From the IMG/VR virus record IMGVR_UViG_3300042387_000948, positions 143,030-207,029 of that record: 64,000 bases of DNA; one strand, 5' to 3'. The position numbers and the translations under genes are program-made. The notes under the pieces were generated by a model that searched no databases, was not told the DNA's origin, and saw only the letters and a list, made by a program, of their open reading frames with translations. Positions 1 to 9,646 of this stretch are shown piece after piece (position 1 is the first letter of the stretch; each line of letters opens with the position of its first letter).

Positions 1-340
1 GTCCAACAAACCAACTCTCAATGTTAGAACCATATCCATCAAATACAAATAATCGGGTCAATTCTAACACACCATCTCTTGGGAGTAACTCCGATATCGA
101 TGCTCCCGCGTTTCTACCAACCGGGTCACCATAACATGCAACTCCAACTAATTGTTCGTTTACACCACTAAAGAAATTATGTTCATCTTCGGATATGTAA
201 AACAAACCAATAGCATAGGATACCTTCGTCCATATCCCACTATAATGGTTATTTACAATGATATCCTTTGCTATGTTTTTGTTTATCTCTCTAATTGAAA
301 ATTTAGAGATATCGCAATATTGTTTACCTTCTATTTTCAT
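1..340 (-). CDS. Mom-family (GNAT-fold) DNA adenine-modification enzyme, 3' end runs off the window
   Basis: Not in the ORF track. Manual translation from ATG at 340 (ATGA overlap with the upstream stop) gives MKIEGKQYCDISKFSIREINKNIAKDIIVNNHYSG...LVGVACYGDPVGRNAG...VLELTRLFVFDGYGSNIESWFVG. The HY / GVxxYGxP / ELxRL / NxES pattern is typical of Mom-like proteins. Confidence 0.75.
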   Translation of the reverse strand, partial: MKIEGKQYCDISKFSIREINKNIAKDIIVNNHYSGIWTKVSYAIGLFYISEDEHNFFSGVNEQLVGVACYGDPVGRNAGASISELLPRDGVLELTRLFVFDGYGSNIESWFVG

Positions 341-540
341 AAACTACCAGACCAAAATTCGTTTAGATGAGTCCAAGTTTTACGTTGGATAATTTTTAAC
401 ACATTTGATGGTGATACCTTATTGTTTCGGGCAATCACTTTAATATTCCTATGACCCATTTGCCATAGTCTTCTAATTTGTAACACCTGCTCATCCGTAA
501 GTTTGGCAGATGGGTGCGTTTGACCCCTTAATATTCCCAT
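337..540 (-). CDS. Small stand-alone HTH DNA-binding protein resembling the C-terminal domain of HNH homing endonucleases
   Basis: GQTHPSAKLTDEQVLQIR...IARNNKVSPSNVLKIIQRKTW pattern; no nuclease domain; has its own promoter. Confidence 0.65.
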   Translation of the reverse strand: MGILRGQTHPSAKLTDEQVLQIRRLWQMGHRNIKVIARNNKVSPSNVLKIIQRKTWTHLNEFWSGSL

Positions 541-544
541 GTAA

Positions 545-576
545 CAAATATAACACTTTTATTTGGATTTTCCTAA
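545..576 (-). promoter_or_regulatory. Bacteroidota-type primary-sigma promoter (TTAG-N20-TATATTTG)
   Basis: TAnnTTTG at 545-552; -33 element with one mismatch at 573-576; ATG lies 4 nt downstream. Confidence 0.6.
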
Positions 577-580
577 TTTT

Positions 581-844
581 TTATCCTAAATTTTCATTTA
601 TGGCAGTTTCATATACCATTTTAGATTGAGCTCCCACAATTCTTTTTACTTCCTTACCATCTTTAACTAATAATACAGTTGGTACTGAACGGATTCCAAA
701 TTGAGATGCAACATCTGAACTATCATCAATATCGTATTCGTTGAAGGATACTCCACTAAATGAATTTTTTACCTCATTAAATGTTGGTGCCAATGTTTTG
801 CATGGGCCGCACCAACTTGCCGAAAATTTCTTAACTTCTAACAT
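581..844 (-). CDS. trxA: Thioredoxin
   Basis: WCGPC active site, SVPT cis-Pro motif, directly downstream of nrdA. Confidence 0.95.
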   Translation of the reverse strand: MLEVKKFSASWCGPCKTLAPTFNEVKNSFSGVSFNEYDIDDSSDVASQFGIRSVPTVLLVKDGKEVKRIVGAQSKMVYETAINENLG

Positions 845-864
845 ATTTTTATTTGTTTATTTGT

Positions 865-2646
865 TTATCCCTCACAACTTACACAGTCCGGGTCAGTTGC
901 TCTTGCTGCAATATCACCTCTTAATACTGATTCGGTTCTCATATAATATAGGGTTTTTACTCCCTGCTTCCAAGCTTCCATAGTTACTTGATTAATCCAT
1001 TTCGGGTCAGCGATTGATGGAAATGCTAAGTTTAGAGATACCGCCTGGTCAATGTATTGTTGTCTTATACCTGCCTGCTTTACCAAATCTAATTGGTTAA
1101 TCTCTTTGAATGTACGGAATACATCCTTAACTGAATTACATTTATTCTGATGCTCTTCCGTAGTCACTTCGTTACATTGTACTAACTTACTATCCAAGAA
1201 ACACCACTCATCTAAAAATGCTAAATCTTGCACCGAACCACCATCTTCTAATATTCTATCCCAAGTTTCTTTTGTATTTTTTCCAATCTTTTTCAAAACT
1301 CTTTCCAATTCAGGATTCTTACGGATAAACGTACCTTTAGAAGTTTGCTCCGTAAATACGTTAGCTGCCCAAGGTTCAATACCACTACTCACGTTACCAC
1401 TCAATTTAGAGTTTGATACCGTTGGTGCTACTGCTCTTAGGTGAGTATTTCTGAAACCTGTATCTCTACACCATAGGGGTTCTCCCAATTCAGCTGCCAT
1501 ATCTCTACTTGCTCTTTCCGATTCAATCTTAATTTGAGAGAATATTTTACGAGTTTCAAATTGTGCCTGCAATCCTTCAAATGGAACACCTTTTTGTTGT
1601 AGGTATGTATGCCATCCTAAAACTCCCAATCCCAATGCTCTTCCTTTTGCCGCTGAACGAACTGAATTCTCAAATCCAACCAATCCCTTAGCTCTTTGAA
1701 TAAACTCCTCTAAAACACCATCTAAAAACATCGTAGACGTGTACACTAAATCAGTATCTTTCCACTCATCGTATTTGGCTAAGTTTAGTGATGAAAGGCA
1801 ACATACAAATGAGTGAGATTCATCAGTATGTAGAACAATCTCCGAACAAATGTTAGTCATAAACACTTTTAATCCGTTCTTCTTATATGCTTCTGGATTT
1901 TGTTTGTTCACATTACCTTTAAACATAATATAAGGTTCTCCAGTTGCTTTTCTCTTTTGTAATAGTTTACCCCACTTTCTTCTTGCTTCGGATTCCCCCT
2001 CCTGCAACTTTCTCATAAACTTATCACCCACTACCGCACATTGGTGCATATTAAGTGATTGGCGGTTTACATCACCCTTTGGTTCTCTAATCTCCAACCA
2101 ATCTTCAAAATCTTTGTGTTCAATGTTCATATTCACCGAAGCGGCTCCTCTACGAACTGAACCCTGATTTGTTGCTAATATAGTTGAATCGTAAATCTTA
2201 CAAAATGGAACTACACCATCGGATGTTCCATTACCAGTAATCTTTGCACCTGCTGGTCTGATTTGATTAATACCAATACCTACACCACCACCATGCTTTG
2301 CCAATAACATCAACTCCAAATTCTTATATCCAATCTCATAGATACTATCACCAACATCGATTCCAAAACAAGAGATTGGTAATCCTCTATCAGTACCTGT
2401 ATTTGATAATACCGGTGTTGCTAAACATAACCATCCTTTCCAAATGTAATCAAAGAACTTTGTAGCAAGTTGTGGTTTACCCAATCTTCTAGCTACTGCC
2501 GTTGCAACTCTCCAATAGGCATCTTTTGGTTTTTCACCATCTAATAGATAACCTTTTGAGATTGTTTTAACGTATATTTCCGTATTTCCCCACGATGGGT
2601 AATCAACATCGATTTCCCAACCGAATTCTTCTCCGTAATGCTTCAT
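865..2646 (-). CDS. nrdA: Class I ribonucleotide reductase alpha subunit, no ATP-cone
   Basis: ATPVLSN, PISCF, KHGGGVG, TNICSEI (N-x-C-x-E), APTVSNS, KTLYY and a C-terminal CVSCEG. Confidence 0.95.
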   Translation of the reverse strand: MKHYGEEFGWEIDVDYPSWGNTEIYVKTISKGYLLDGEKPKDAYWRVATAVARRLGKPQLATKFFDYIWKGWLCLATPVLSNTGTDRGLPISCFGIDVGDSIYEIGYKNLELMLLAKHGGGVGIGINQIRPAGAKITGNGTSDGVVPFCKIYDSTILATNQGSVRRGAASVNMNIEHKDFEDWLEIREPKGDVNRQSLNMHQCAVVGDKFMRKLQEGESEARRKWGKLLQKRKATGEPYIMFKGNVNKQNPEAYKKNGLKVFMTNICSEIVLHTDESHSFVCCLSSLNLAKYDEWKDTDLVYTSTMFLDGVLEEFIQRAKGLVGFENSVRSAAKGRALGLGVLGWHTYLQQKGVPFEGLQAQFETRKIFSQIKIESERASRDMAAELGEPLWCRDTGFRNTHLRAVAPTVSNSKLSGNVSSGIEPWAANVFTEQTSKGTFIRKNPELERVLKKIGKNTKETWDRILEDGGSVQDLAFLDEWCFLDSKLVQCNEVTTEEHQNKCNSVKDVFRTFKEINQLDLVKQAGIRQQYIDQAVSLNLAFPSIADPKWINQVTMEAWKQGVKTLYYMRTESVLRGDIAARATDPDCVSCEG

Positions 2647-2656
2647 AAAATTTTAA

Positions 2657-3670
2657 TTAAAATATATCAGACCAATCTTCACCTTCGTTTGCTTTACTGT
2701 AATCAGTAGGTCTCATTGCAAAGAAGTCGGTATGGGTTACTCCACCAGTTAAGTGATAGAACCAATCTAATTGAGATGCTGATTCTTCGTTGTATTCAAA
2801 GTAATCATCACCACCGGGTATTGGGTTATATCCCAACTCTCCTAATTTCTCATTAACTCTTTTTGTAATAAATTCTTTTAGGTCATCCGCTTTTAGATTT
2901 TCTAAATCACCTTTTTCAAATATTCTATCAATGAATTTGTGCTCCAAATCTCTAATGATTAATGCTGCTTCATATATAGATGATTTTGCTTCTTCTAACA
3001 ATTCAGGAAACTCATCACACATATGTCTGAATAATTGACAACCCATCTTTGAATGTAGGGATTCATCTCTAACACTCCACTTCATTTGTTGTCCAATTCC
3101 TTTTAATAGGTTTCTCATTTGGAATGAATATAGAACTGCAAATGATGAGTATAGTGCTACACCTTCAGCAAATGCCGAAAAAATAGCAAGTGAACGAGCA
3201 ACCTCAACTCTAGCTTTGTGATTTGTTTGTAAATCAGTAGGAGTCCAATCTGCGGTTGTATTTGTTAATAATTCAAATCTCTCCTTCATAACATCATCGT
3301 GCATAAAACCTGCAAAATCATCCAATCCTAAAGTTTCATTCAAATACGAATATGCAACCGAATGTATTGTTTCTTGCGAACCAAACGCCATTGCCATTTG
3401 TTTAATTTCGTGTTTTGGAAACCATTTAGTTACCATCCCCGTCCAATAATCGGAAACCGCACATTCAGTTTGGGCAAAACCCAATAGAATATTTCCTACT
3501 AAATGTTTTTCTTCTTTTGTTAAATTTTCATTCCAGTCTTTAACATCTCCTTGCATTGGGATTTCGGTATGTAACCAAAATGCCTGCATTTGCTTCAACC
3601 ACCCTTCGGTGTAATAGTCTGGATATTCAAATGGTTTGTACGCTATTCTTTCTGTAAATAAATTGCTCAT
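2657..3670 (-). CDS. nrdB: Class I ribonucleotide reductase beta subunit
   Basis: FWLHTEI, ETIHSVAY, FAEGV and DESLH di-metal motifs; DFF near the C-terminus. Confidence 0.95.
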   Translation of the reverse strand: MSNLFTERIAYKPFEYPDYYTEGWLKQMQAFWLHTEIPMQGDVKDWNENLTKEEKHLVGNILLGFAQTECAVSDYWTGMVTKWFPKHEIKQMAMAFGSQETIHSVAYSYLNETLGLDDFAGFMHDDVMKERFELLTNTTADWTPTDLQTNHKARVEVARSLAIFSAFAEGVALYSSFAVLYSFQMRNLLKGIGQQMKWSVRDESLHSKMGCQLFRHMCDEFPELLEEAKSSIYEAALIIRDLEHKFIDRIFEKGDLENLKADDLKEFITKRVNEKLGELGYNPIPGGDDYFEYNEESASQLDWFYHLTGGVTHTDFFAMRPTDYSKANEGEDWSDIF

Positions 3671-3782
3671 ATGTAATTATCTTTTTGTATGCTTTAGGTT
3701 TTAATAAATACAACCAATCTTAACTTCTCATACAAAAAATTGCATGTTTTTTTAACTTTTTATTTTTATATTTTTATATATC

Positions 3783-5180
3783 TTATCCTAGTCCAGATAC
3801 CGGCTTTACTGCCCCACCCAACGGCATAGTATCCATATATTTTTTGTGTAATAATTGCCTTTCTTCTTCAGCTCCACTATTACTTTCTTTCCGTGCTAAT
3901 ATCCCATCTGCTGAATTTGCATCAAATACTTCAATTATTCCTTTATTAGTATCCATTTTAGTTGGGAATGTGATACCATCCATACCAAAACGATTTTTCA
4001 TAACGTGAACCCTAGCAGTATTGTTTAGTTTATCCTTTGATTTTCTACTAACACTCATAATAAAATCTGCATTCATTACTTTAGCGTATGAATCTGCAAT
4101 CTTATCAGCTTCAATAACCTCTGAATCTATACCACTTCTATTTGTTTGTGATGCTGTCCAAATTGGAATACCTAACTCACCACCCATTCCTCTCAATTCA
4201 ATATACACACCACCTTGCTCCCCATATGTACTATCATTCTTATTTGAGTGTGATAGTAGTAAATCGGCATAATCTACAATGATTAAATCGGGTTTATTAC
4301 CAGCTGCTGTCATCTTTTCAATGTGAGCTTCAATCTTTTTGGATGATACACCCTTTGGTGGGAAATACTTAATCAATAACTTACCTGCTAATGATTTTAT
4401 TTTTCTATGTACTAAATCTCTATTATCAACCAAATCCGCAGATGGGATACTAGTAAAGATTGTATCGTATCTCTCACCTACATAGTTTTCGGATAGTTCC
4501 AATGAGTAGTGAACAACACTCTTACCTGCTTTAACTGCAGCCGCTCCGATTGCTGCAAGAACCCAAGTCTTACCAACCCCAGAAGGTGCCACTACAACCC
4601 CTAACTCACCCGGTCCTAAACCTCCGTTCATTAATTCGGTAATAACCTCCCACGGAGTAGCAATGGTATCTCTTTTCTCATCCTCAATACGAGCTATGTA
4701 ATCCAATAGATAATCATGTCCCAAATCGGTTTCAATACCAACTTTCATTGCCTTATCTACTAAATCCTTAATCCTATCGTAATTACCCGCTTTGAGTAAA
4801 TCTACCGATTGTATAATTACCTCTTTTAGATTCTGATTGATACAAAATGATGAGAACTCCTTCTTTACATAATCCGTATCATCTTGTCCAACTTGGGTAT
4901 AAACTACTTTAAGTTGCTCGATTATGGTTTTTTGTAAAGATGGATTATCTACTTTGGATATTTCTGATTTGAATACATCCAATGTAGGTTCTTTCTTAAA
5001 CTCATCAAAATAATCTTTAATTGTTTCAACTATCCATTTATTAGCTTCCGATTCAAAAAACTTCTTATGTATAATATCACTTAACGAATCCAAAAGTTTA
5101 GCATCCGTCAATAATACAGATATTACTTTTGATTGAAACGATTGACCGTATTTAGATAATGTATCTAATGCTTCTGCCAT
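3783..5180 (-). CDS. Replicative DnaB/T4 gp41-like helicase
   Basis: Walker A APSGVGKT, SLE, IVDYAD, TASQTNR, KNRFG. Confidence 0.92.
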   Translation of the reverse strand: MAEALDTLSKYGQSFQSKVISVLLTDAKLLDSLSDIIHKKFFESEANKWIVETIKDYFDEFKKEPTLDVFKSEISKVDNPSLQKTIIEQLKVVYTQVGQDDTDYVKKEFSSFCINQNLKEVIIQSVDLLKAGNYDRIKDLVDKAMKVGIETDLGHDYLLDYIARIEDEKRDTIATPWEVITELMNGGLGPGELGVVVAPSGVGKTWVLAAIGAAAVKAGKSVVHYSLELSENYVGERYDTIFTSIPSADLVDNRDLVHRKIKSLAGKLLIKYFPPKGVSSKKIEAHIEKMTAAGNKPDLIIVDYADLLLSHSNKNDSTYGEQGGVYIELRGMGGELGIPIWTASQTNRSGIDSEVIEADKIADSYAKVMNADFIMSVSRKSKDKLNNTARVHVMKNRFGMDGITFPTKMDTNKGIIEVFDANSADGILARKESNSGAEEERQLLHKKYMDTMPLGGAVKPVSGLG

Positions 5181-5186
5181 TTATTT

Positions 5187-6230
5187 TTATTTAACTATAA
5201 TGTTTGAAAATGTTGATTTTAACCAATCGTTAATATCACTCCAATTTTGTAGGATTTTGTATTTAGCGCCTACCTTAAAGAACTCCATCTTTTCAAACTT
5301 CTTATTTGGTTCTCTAAACCTATCTAAAATTTTCATCTTTTCGTTAGTGGAAATTATAGGTTCGGCTAATTGCATTAATTGTTGATTTCTTAAAATAACA
5401 TCTTTATTAGCTACAATATCAGAATATAATTTAGATTCTTTGATTTTAGTTTCCGCAATATCAAAAAACTCATCAAATTCTATCTTTCTATCTTCACTTA
5501 ACTCTGGGAATCTTTTTAGTACTGTCTTTAATCCACACCCCTTTACACCCGGAATATTATCCGAATTATCCCCATCCAACGTTCTGAATAGAAGTAGATT
5601 TTGTGGATATAAGCCATACTCTTCAAATACCGCTTTCCTATCATATTTTTTCTTTTTAGTTGGAGAATAGATTGTGACCTTATCATTTACCAATTGTAGG
5701 AAATCCTTATCAGTAGATACGATTACACACTCTTCATCCTCACCCAATAGTTGTGTAGTGATGTGTCCGATAACATCATCTGCTTCGATACCATCATACA
5801 CCATTGTTGTAACAGGCAAACTATCTAATATATCCACTAACCAAACGAATTGGCGTTTCATAGATACCTGCTCATCTTCTTGGGTCATCATTTCGGGGTA
5901 TTGTCTATTAACTCTGAAACGATTCTTACCTCTTTCAGATTTATACCCCTCATAAATCTTTTTTCTACCATTAGAACCACCCTTACCATCAAAAGTAAGG
6001 ATAACTCTTGTAGGGTTAAATTGGCGAATGCCAAACCCTATTGATTTCAATGAACCAATAACTCCACCCGTATGGTCACCATCCTCATTCATTGTAGGAT
6101 TGGTTGTCCAACTACGGATGAAGGTATTTAGTCCATCAATGATAAGAACTCTACTATTTCTCACTCTTTGAGAGTTTGAGTCGTGTTCCGTTTCTACTTC
6201 ATTGAGTAATTTTTTGTAAAGTTCTTTCAT
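5187..6230 (-). CDS. 5'-3' exonuclease / flap endonuclease (T4 RNase H-like)
   Basis: LIIDG, FDG, YK, EADDVI, STDKD, GDNSDNIPGVKGCG motifs. Confidence 0.92.
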   Translation of the reverse strand: MKELYKKLLNEVETEHDSNSQRVRNSRVLIIDGLNTFIRSWTTNPTMNEDGDHTGGVIGSLKSIGFGIRQFNPTRVILTFDGKGGSNGRKKIYEGYKSERGKNRFRVNRQYPEMMTQEDEQVSMKRQFVWLVDILDSLPVTTMVYDGIEADDVIGHITTQLLGEDEECVIVSTDKDFLQLVNDKVTIYSPTKKKKYDRKAVFEEYGLYPQNLLLFRTLDGDNSDNIPGVKGCGLKTVLKRFPELSEDRKIEFDEFFDIAETKIKESKLYSDIVANKDVILRNQQLMQLAEPIISTNEKMKILDRFREPNKKFEKMEFFKVGAKYKILQNWSDINDWLKSTFSNIIVK

Positions 6231-6253
6231 TTTGTTTGTAACATATTAGTTAA

Positions 6254-7375
6254 TTAATCTCCAATAACTTCCGAATCTACAAATAGTTCATCTGAATCGA
6301 TTGTACTACCCTTTTTGTATTGTAAGATGGTTGCCTCACAAATACGTTTGTAGATTTGGTCTTTAACTGATTGATTAGTTTCCAATAATTCAGGAAAATC
6401 CTTTGATTGGAACTTAATTTCCTCACCGGTATCAGTGTCCACATAAGTGTACCAAGCACCAGATTGTTTAAGTAAGCTATTGTCTTTCATACTACCCAAC
6501 CAAGCTCCGTAGTTATCAATACCTCTATCAAAGAAGATATCAAAATCCGCCGTTCGTAATGGTGGGCCCATACGATTCTTTACAACCTGACAACGAACTT
6601 TAATTCCCACAATTTGGTCATTTCCATTCTTGTCTTTTGCTTTAATTGTACCCATACCCTTCAATCGTAAACGAACCGAAGCATGAAAAGCGATTGCTTT
6701 ACCACCAGAAGTTGTCCACGGGTCAGAGAATGGCATAGCGTTCATCTTCTGTCTTAATTGATTTGTGAAAACCAAAGTGATTTTCTGTCTACCAATTAAG
6801 TTAGTGATTTTACGCATTGCTTTTGAGATAATGATTGCCTTATCGGTAGCGTATCCGTCTTTATCGTAATCAGCATCCATCTCCTTTTTAGTTGATGCTG
6901 CTGCTACTGAATCCACTACGATAGTTACATACTTATCCTTTGATGCAACTCTCACTTTTTCGATAATCGTTTCGGTGTACTCAAAACACTCTTCCACAGT
7001 TTCAGCTGCTACATAAAGCATTTTAGATACATCTACTCCAATTGCGTTTAAGAACTCCGCACTTACTGCATTTTCAGTATCAATTAATACTGCCAATCCA
7101 CCTAACTTTTGCGTTTCGGCAAGAAGGTGGGCGGATAAGAGCGATTTACCACTCTGCTCCAACCCAGTAACTTCGGTAATTCTACCAACAGGCAATCCAC
7201 CATAAGGGCGATTTGAGATAGCCACATCCAACAATGATGCTCCAGTTGATACCCAACCTTCTACATTTGTAGGTGCTTCATCCGAATCCAAAAAGAATGC
7301 CACTTTCTGGTCTTTAGATTGTTTGTTTAGAGTTTCAGCAAGTATATCTGCTAACTCAATTTCCTTTTTTGCCAT
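6254..7375 (-). CDS. recA: RecA/UvsX recombinase
   Basis: GGLPVGRITE, GLEQSGKS, DSVAA, NQLR, TSGGKAIAF, VVKNR. Confidence 0.95.
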   Translation of the reverse strand: MAKKEIELADILAETLNKQSKDQKVAFFLDSDEAPTNVEGWVSTGASLLDVAISNRPYGGLPVGRITEVTGLEQSGKSLLSAHLLAETQKLGGLAVLIDTENAVSAEFLNAIGVDVSKMLYVAAETVEECFEYTETIIEKVRVASKDKYVTIVVDSVAAASTKKEMDADYDKDGYATDKAIIISKAMRKITNLIGRQKITLVFTNQLRQKMNAMPFSDPWTTSGGKAIAFHASVRLRLKGMGTIKAKDKNGNDQIVGIKVRCQVVKNRMGPPLRTADFDIFFDRGIDNYGAWLGSMKDNSLLKQSGAWYTYVDTDTGEEIKFQSKDFPELLETNQSVKDQIYKRICEATILQYKKGSTIDSDELFVDSEVIGD

Positions 7376-7386
7376 AATAACTTATT

Positions 7387-8223
7387 TTAGTTGTTGAAAA
7401 GGTCATCAAATGCAGATGTTACATCATCTAATTTCTTAGTTGGTGCTGGTGCTTCCGTTACTGCCTCCACTTTCGGTGTTGGTGTTGGAATTACCGATTC
7501 CGCAGGTGATGCCGTTGAAGATAATGTTTGAGCCGATACTGATGTTTCTAATTCATCATCACCGGTTGCAGATGGGTTTAACCATCCCTCTAACACACTT
7601 TTCAACTCTGAATAAGTTAATTCTTGATAAAGGTCTGTGATTTCCATTTGGCTTGTAAGGAATTTCTTAGTTTCCTCCGCTGATTCTACCAATGGTGTTT
7701 CTTTTGGTTTTACTCTGATTGTTGTAACAGGGTATGATGTACCACTATCTTCAGCCGATACAATCTCAACAGTGATATCTCTACCAGTTGTTGGGTCAGT
7801 AATATCGCCGTAATCTGGGTCAGCCATATATCCTAAGATTTCTTGGTAAACAGTCTTACCAAATCCCCAAAAACGAACACCTTCTCCTTCTTCACCTCTT
7901 ACCAATACAGGTACGAATGTACGAAGTTTTGGCTCCATCTTTTTCGCTGCTTTCCAATCTTCCTTATCACCCATACGCTTTAATTTGTCAGCGAACTCAA
8001 CAATTGGGTCAGGTCTGCCAAATGACATTGGAGATAAATAAGATTTGTTGTTAATGTTGTAATGAAAATAAAGTTCGATAAAAGGATTTTCTTCGTTGAA
8101 CTTATATGGGACTAATCGGATTTGATGTTTGCCCGGTGCTGGTTTCCACAATTCTACTTTCTTCGATGTGGTTGATTGCAGTTTGTTCAGTCTGCCTCTG
8201 ATAGCATCTAAATTAATAGCCAT
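7387..8223 (-). CDS. Single-stranded DNA-binding protein (T4 gp32-like)
   Basis: WKP..G...IRLVP, FWGFGKTVY, DITDPTTGRD and an acidic-hydrophobic tail FDDLFNN; next to recA. Confidence 0.85.
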   Translation of the reverse strand: MAINLDAIRGRLNKLQSTTSKKVELWKPAPGKHQIRLVPYKFNEENPFIELYFHYNINNKSYLSPMSFGRPDPIVEFADKLKRMGDKEDWKAAKKMEPKLRTFVPVLVRGEEGEGVRFWGFGKTVYQEILGYMADPDYGDITDPTTGRDITVEIVSAEDSGTSYPVTTIRVKPKETPLVESAEETKKFLTSQMEITDLYQELTYSELKSVLEGWLNPSATGDDELETSVSAQTLSSTASPAESVIPTPTPKVEAVTEAPAPTKKLDDVTSAFDDLFNN

Positions 8224-8290
8224 TTTTTTGAGTTTTAAGAGTTTATGATTTATGGTTTTATTTTGGTGTCTGTCCTACACCGACGTCCTA
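8224..8290 (-). promoter_or_regulatory. Putative translational autoregulatory leader of the SSB gene
   Basis: GC-rich hairpin GGTGT-AGGACAG-ACACC (8265-8281) followed by about 41 nt of G-free A/C/T sequence with repeated TAAA units up to the ATG. Confidence 0.45.
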
Positions 8291-8309
8291 TATAAATATA
8301 ACGTTCTTA

Positions 8310-8341
8310 CAAAGATACGAAGAATATTTGATAATACCAAA
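8310..8341 (-). promoter_or_regulatory. Bacteroidota-type promoter (TTTG-N20-TATCTTTG)
   Basis: Exact match to the -33/-7 consensus upstream of the replication operon. Confidence 0.8.
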
Positions 8342-8389
8342 TGTTTTTTTAAACTTTTTTTTATGCAGATATTTTTCATATAATTGTAA

Positions 8390-8421
8390 CAAAGATACTA
8401 ATAATTTGTTACAAATCCAAA
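8390..8421 (-). promoter_or_regulatory. Second tandem Bacteroidota-type promoter (TTTG-N20-TATCTTTG)
   Basis: Exact match, 80 nt upstream of the first, just downstream of a terminator. Confidence 0.8.
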
Positions 8422-8422
8422 C

Positions 8423-8452
8423 AAAAAAGGGAAAACTTTCGTTCTCCCTTTT
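8423..8452 (-). terminator. Rho-independent terminator
   Basis: GGGAGAAC-GAAA-GTTTTCCC followed by TTTTTT, immediately after the 8455..9576 stop. Confidence 0.85.
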
Positions 8453-8454
8453 GT

Positions 8455-9576
8455 TTATCGTATGATTGATTCTTTTACTAATTGTTGGAGTTGATTAACT
8501 GCCAACCTAGCTTCGTTTTGTGTTATAGTATCACCTTTCTTTTCTGCATTATATTCTTCAACTGCTTTTGCTATTATTTCATTGGGTATATCCATTTTTT
8601 CTATATTATCGGCTATTACTGAAAGAAATTGCTCCATTGCCTTTTCTTCATCACTATCAGTATCACCAGCAAATAATGCTGCCTTACCAACCCCAGCTAT
8701 AATAGTTTCTTCAACAACATGCGGAATGAATCCACTAACACACTTTGCGGCAAATGCACCAGCACCAGCTCCCAATCCACCTGTCACAACACCAAGTACA
8801 ACCCCTAATGCAAACTTTTTAGCAACACTTTTTACTGCTTTCTTTTGTGGTTCGGTCATATCAATACCATCTTTCCACATTGCAATTCCTGTTGCAGCAT
8901 CTTTAAATGTATGAACTTCGTGTTTAAACCCTTTTTTAAGAGCATGGTAAGCACCGACTGCTTTATCTTTTAATGCCTTACCCCAACTTCTTCTTTCTGG
9001 TGTATCACCTTTATGTACTTTTTCTTTAAAAAATGCTTTTTCTTCTTCCGCCCAATCTTTGATACCATCTTTAATTGCTCTAACATACACTTTTGGTTTT
9101 GTTACTGCGGTTTTTACATTTTTTCTTAAACCAGCTTCATCATCACTACCTGATGAATGAGCTGCTATTTTAGCTTGTGTTTCTTTTTCTGTATCCATTC
9201 TAGCTGCCATAGCAGGGTCTGCTGTAAATAATTGAGCTTTTACTTGTGGTGATGGTTCGTTTGAGGATGGTTTTTCAGATTGCGGTGTTTTTTCATCACC
9301 ACCTTTTTTAGTATTATTAATTGATGGTACTGATTTTCCATCTTTTTCACTACCCAATGATTTGTTTATTGCTTTTCTTTCTGGTGTCCCATCCTTTGGA
9401 AGTGTTTTTTCAGCAGCAATTCTACCTGCACTATCTTTGGGTAATCTTAACAAATTACCAACAATACCTTCGGTATCTTCACCTTTGGAGTTTTTGTATT
9501 TTATCTTTTTATTTAACGCAGGATTACTAAAATTTTTATCATCTGCCTCCGTTACTAACTTTGATAATCTAATCAT
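8455..9576 (-). CDS. Putative internal head / ejected protein with a hydrophobic hairpin
   Basis: N-terminus MIRLSKLVTE-ADD resembles a prohead-protease (hydrophobic-x-E) site; K/E/P-rich linker; hydrophobic segment FALGVVLGVVTGGLGAGAGAFAA. Confidence 0.45.
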   Translation of the reverse strand: MIRLSKLVTEADDKNFSNPALNKKIKYKNSKGEDTEGIVGNLLRLPKDSAGRIAAEKTLPKDGTPERKAINKSLGSEKDGKSVPSINNTKKGGDEKTPQSEKPSSNEPSPQVKAQLFTADPAMAARMDTEKETQAKIAAHSSGSDDEAGLRKNVKTAVTKPKVYVRAIKDGIKDWAEEEKAFFKEKVHKGDTPERRSWGKALKDKAVGAYHALKKGFKHEVHTFKDAATGIAMWKDGIDMTEPQKKAVKSVAKKFALGVVLGVVTGGLGAGAGAFAAKCVSGFIPHVVEETIIAGVGKAALFAGDTDSDEEKAMEQFLSVIADNIEKMDIPNEIIAKAVEEYNAEKKGDTITQNEARLAVNQLQQLVKESIIR

Positions 9577-9615
9577 TGAAAATATATTTATTATATACTA
9601 TAAATATTGTGAAAT

Positions 9616-9646
9616 AAAAAAGGAGGAATAAATCCTCCCTTTTTTT
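9616..9646 (-). terminator. Rho-independent terminator
   Basis: GGAGGA-TTTAT-TCCTCC stem-loop followed by TTTTTT after the endolysin stop. Confidence 0.8.

Noticed and set aside
865-7375. Inteins or introns in nrdA, nrdB, helicase or recA
   Set aside because: All have ordinary lengths and uninterrupted motif order
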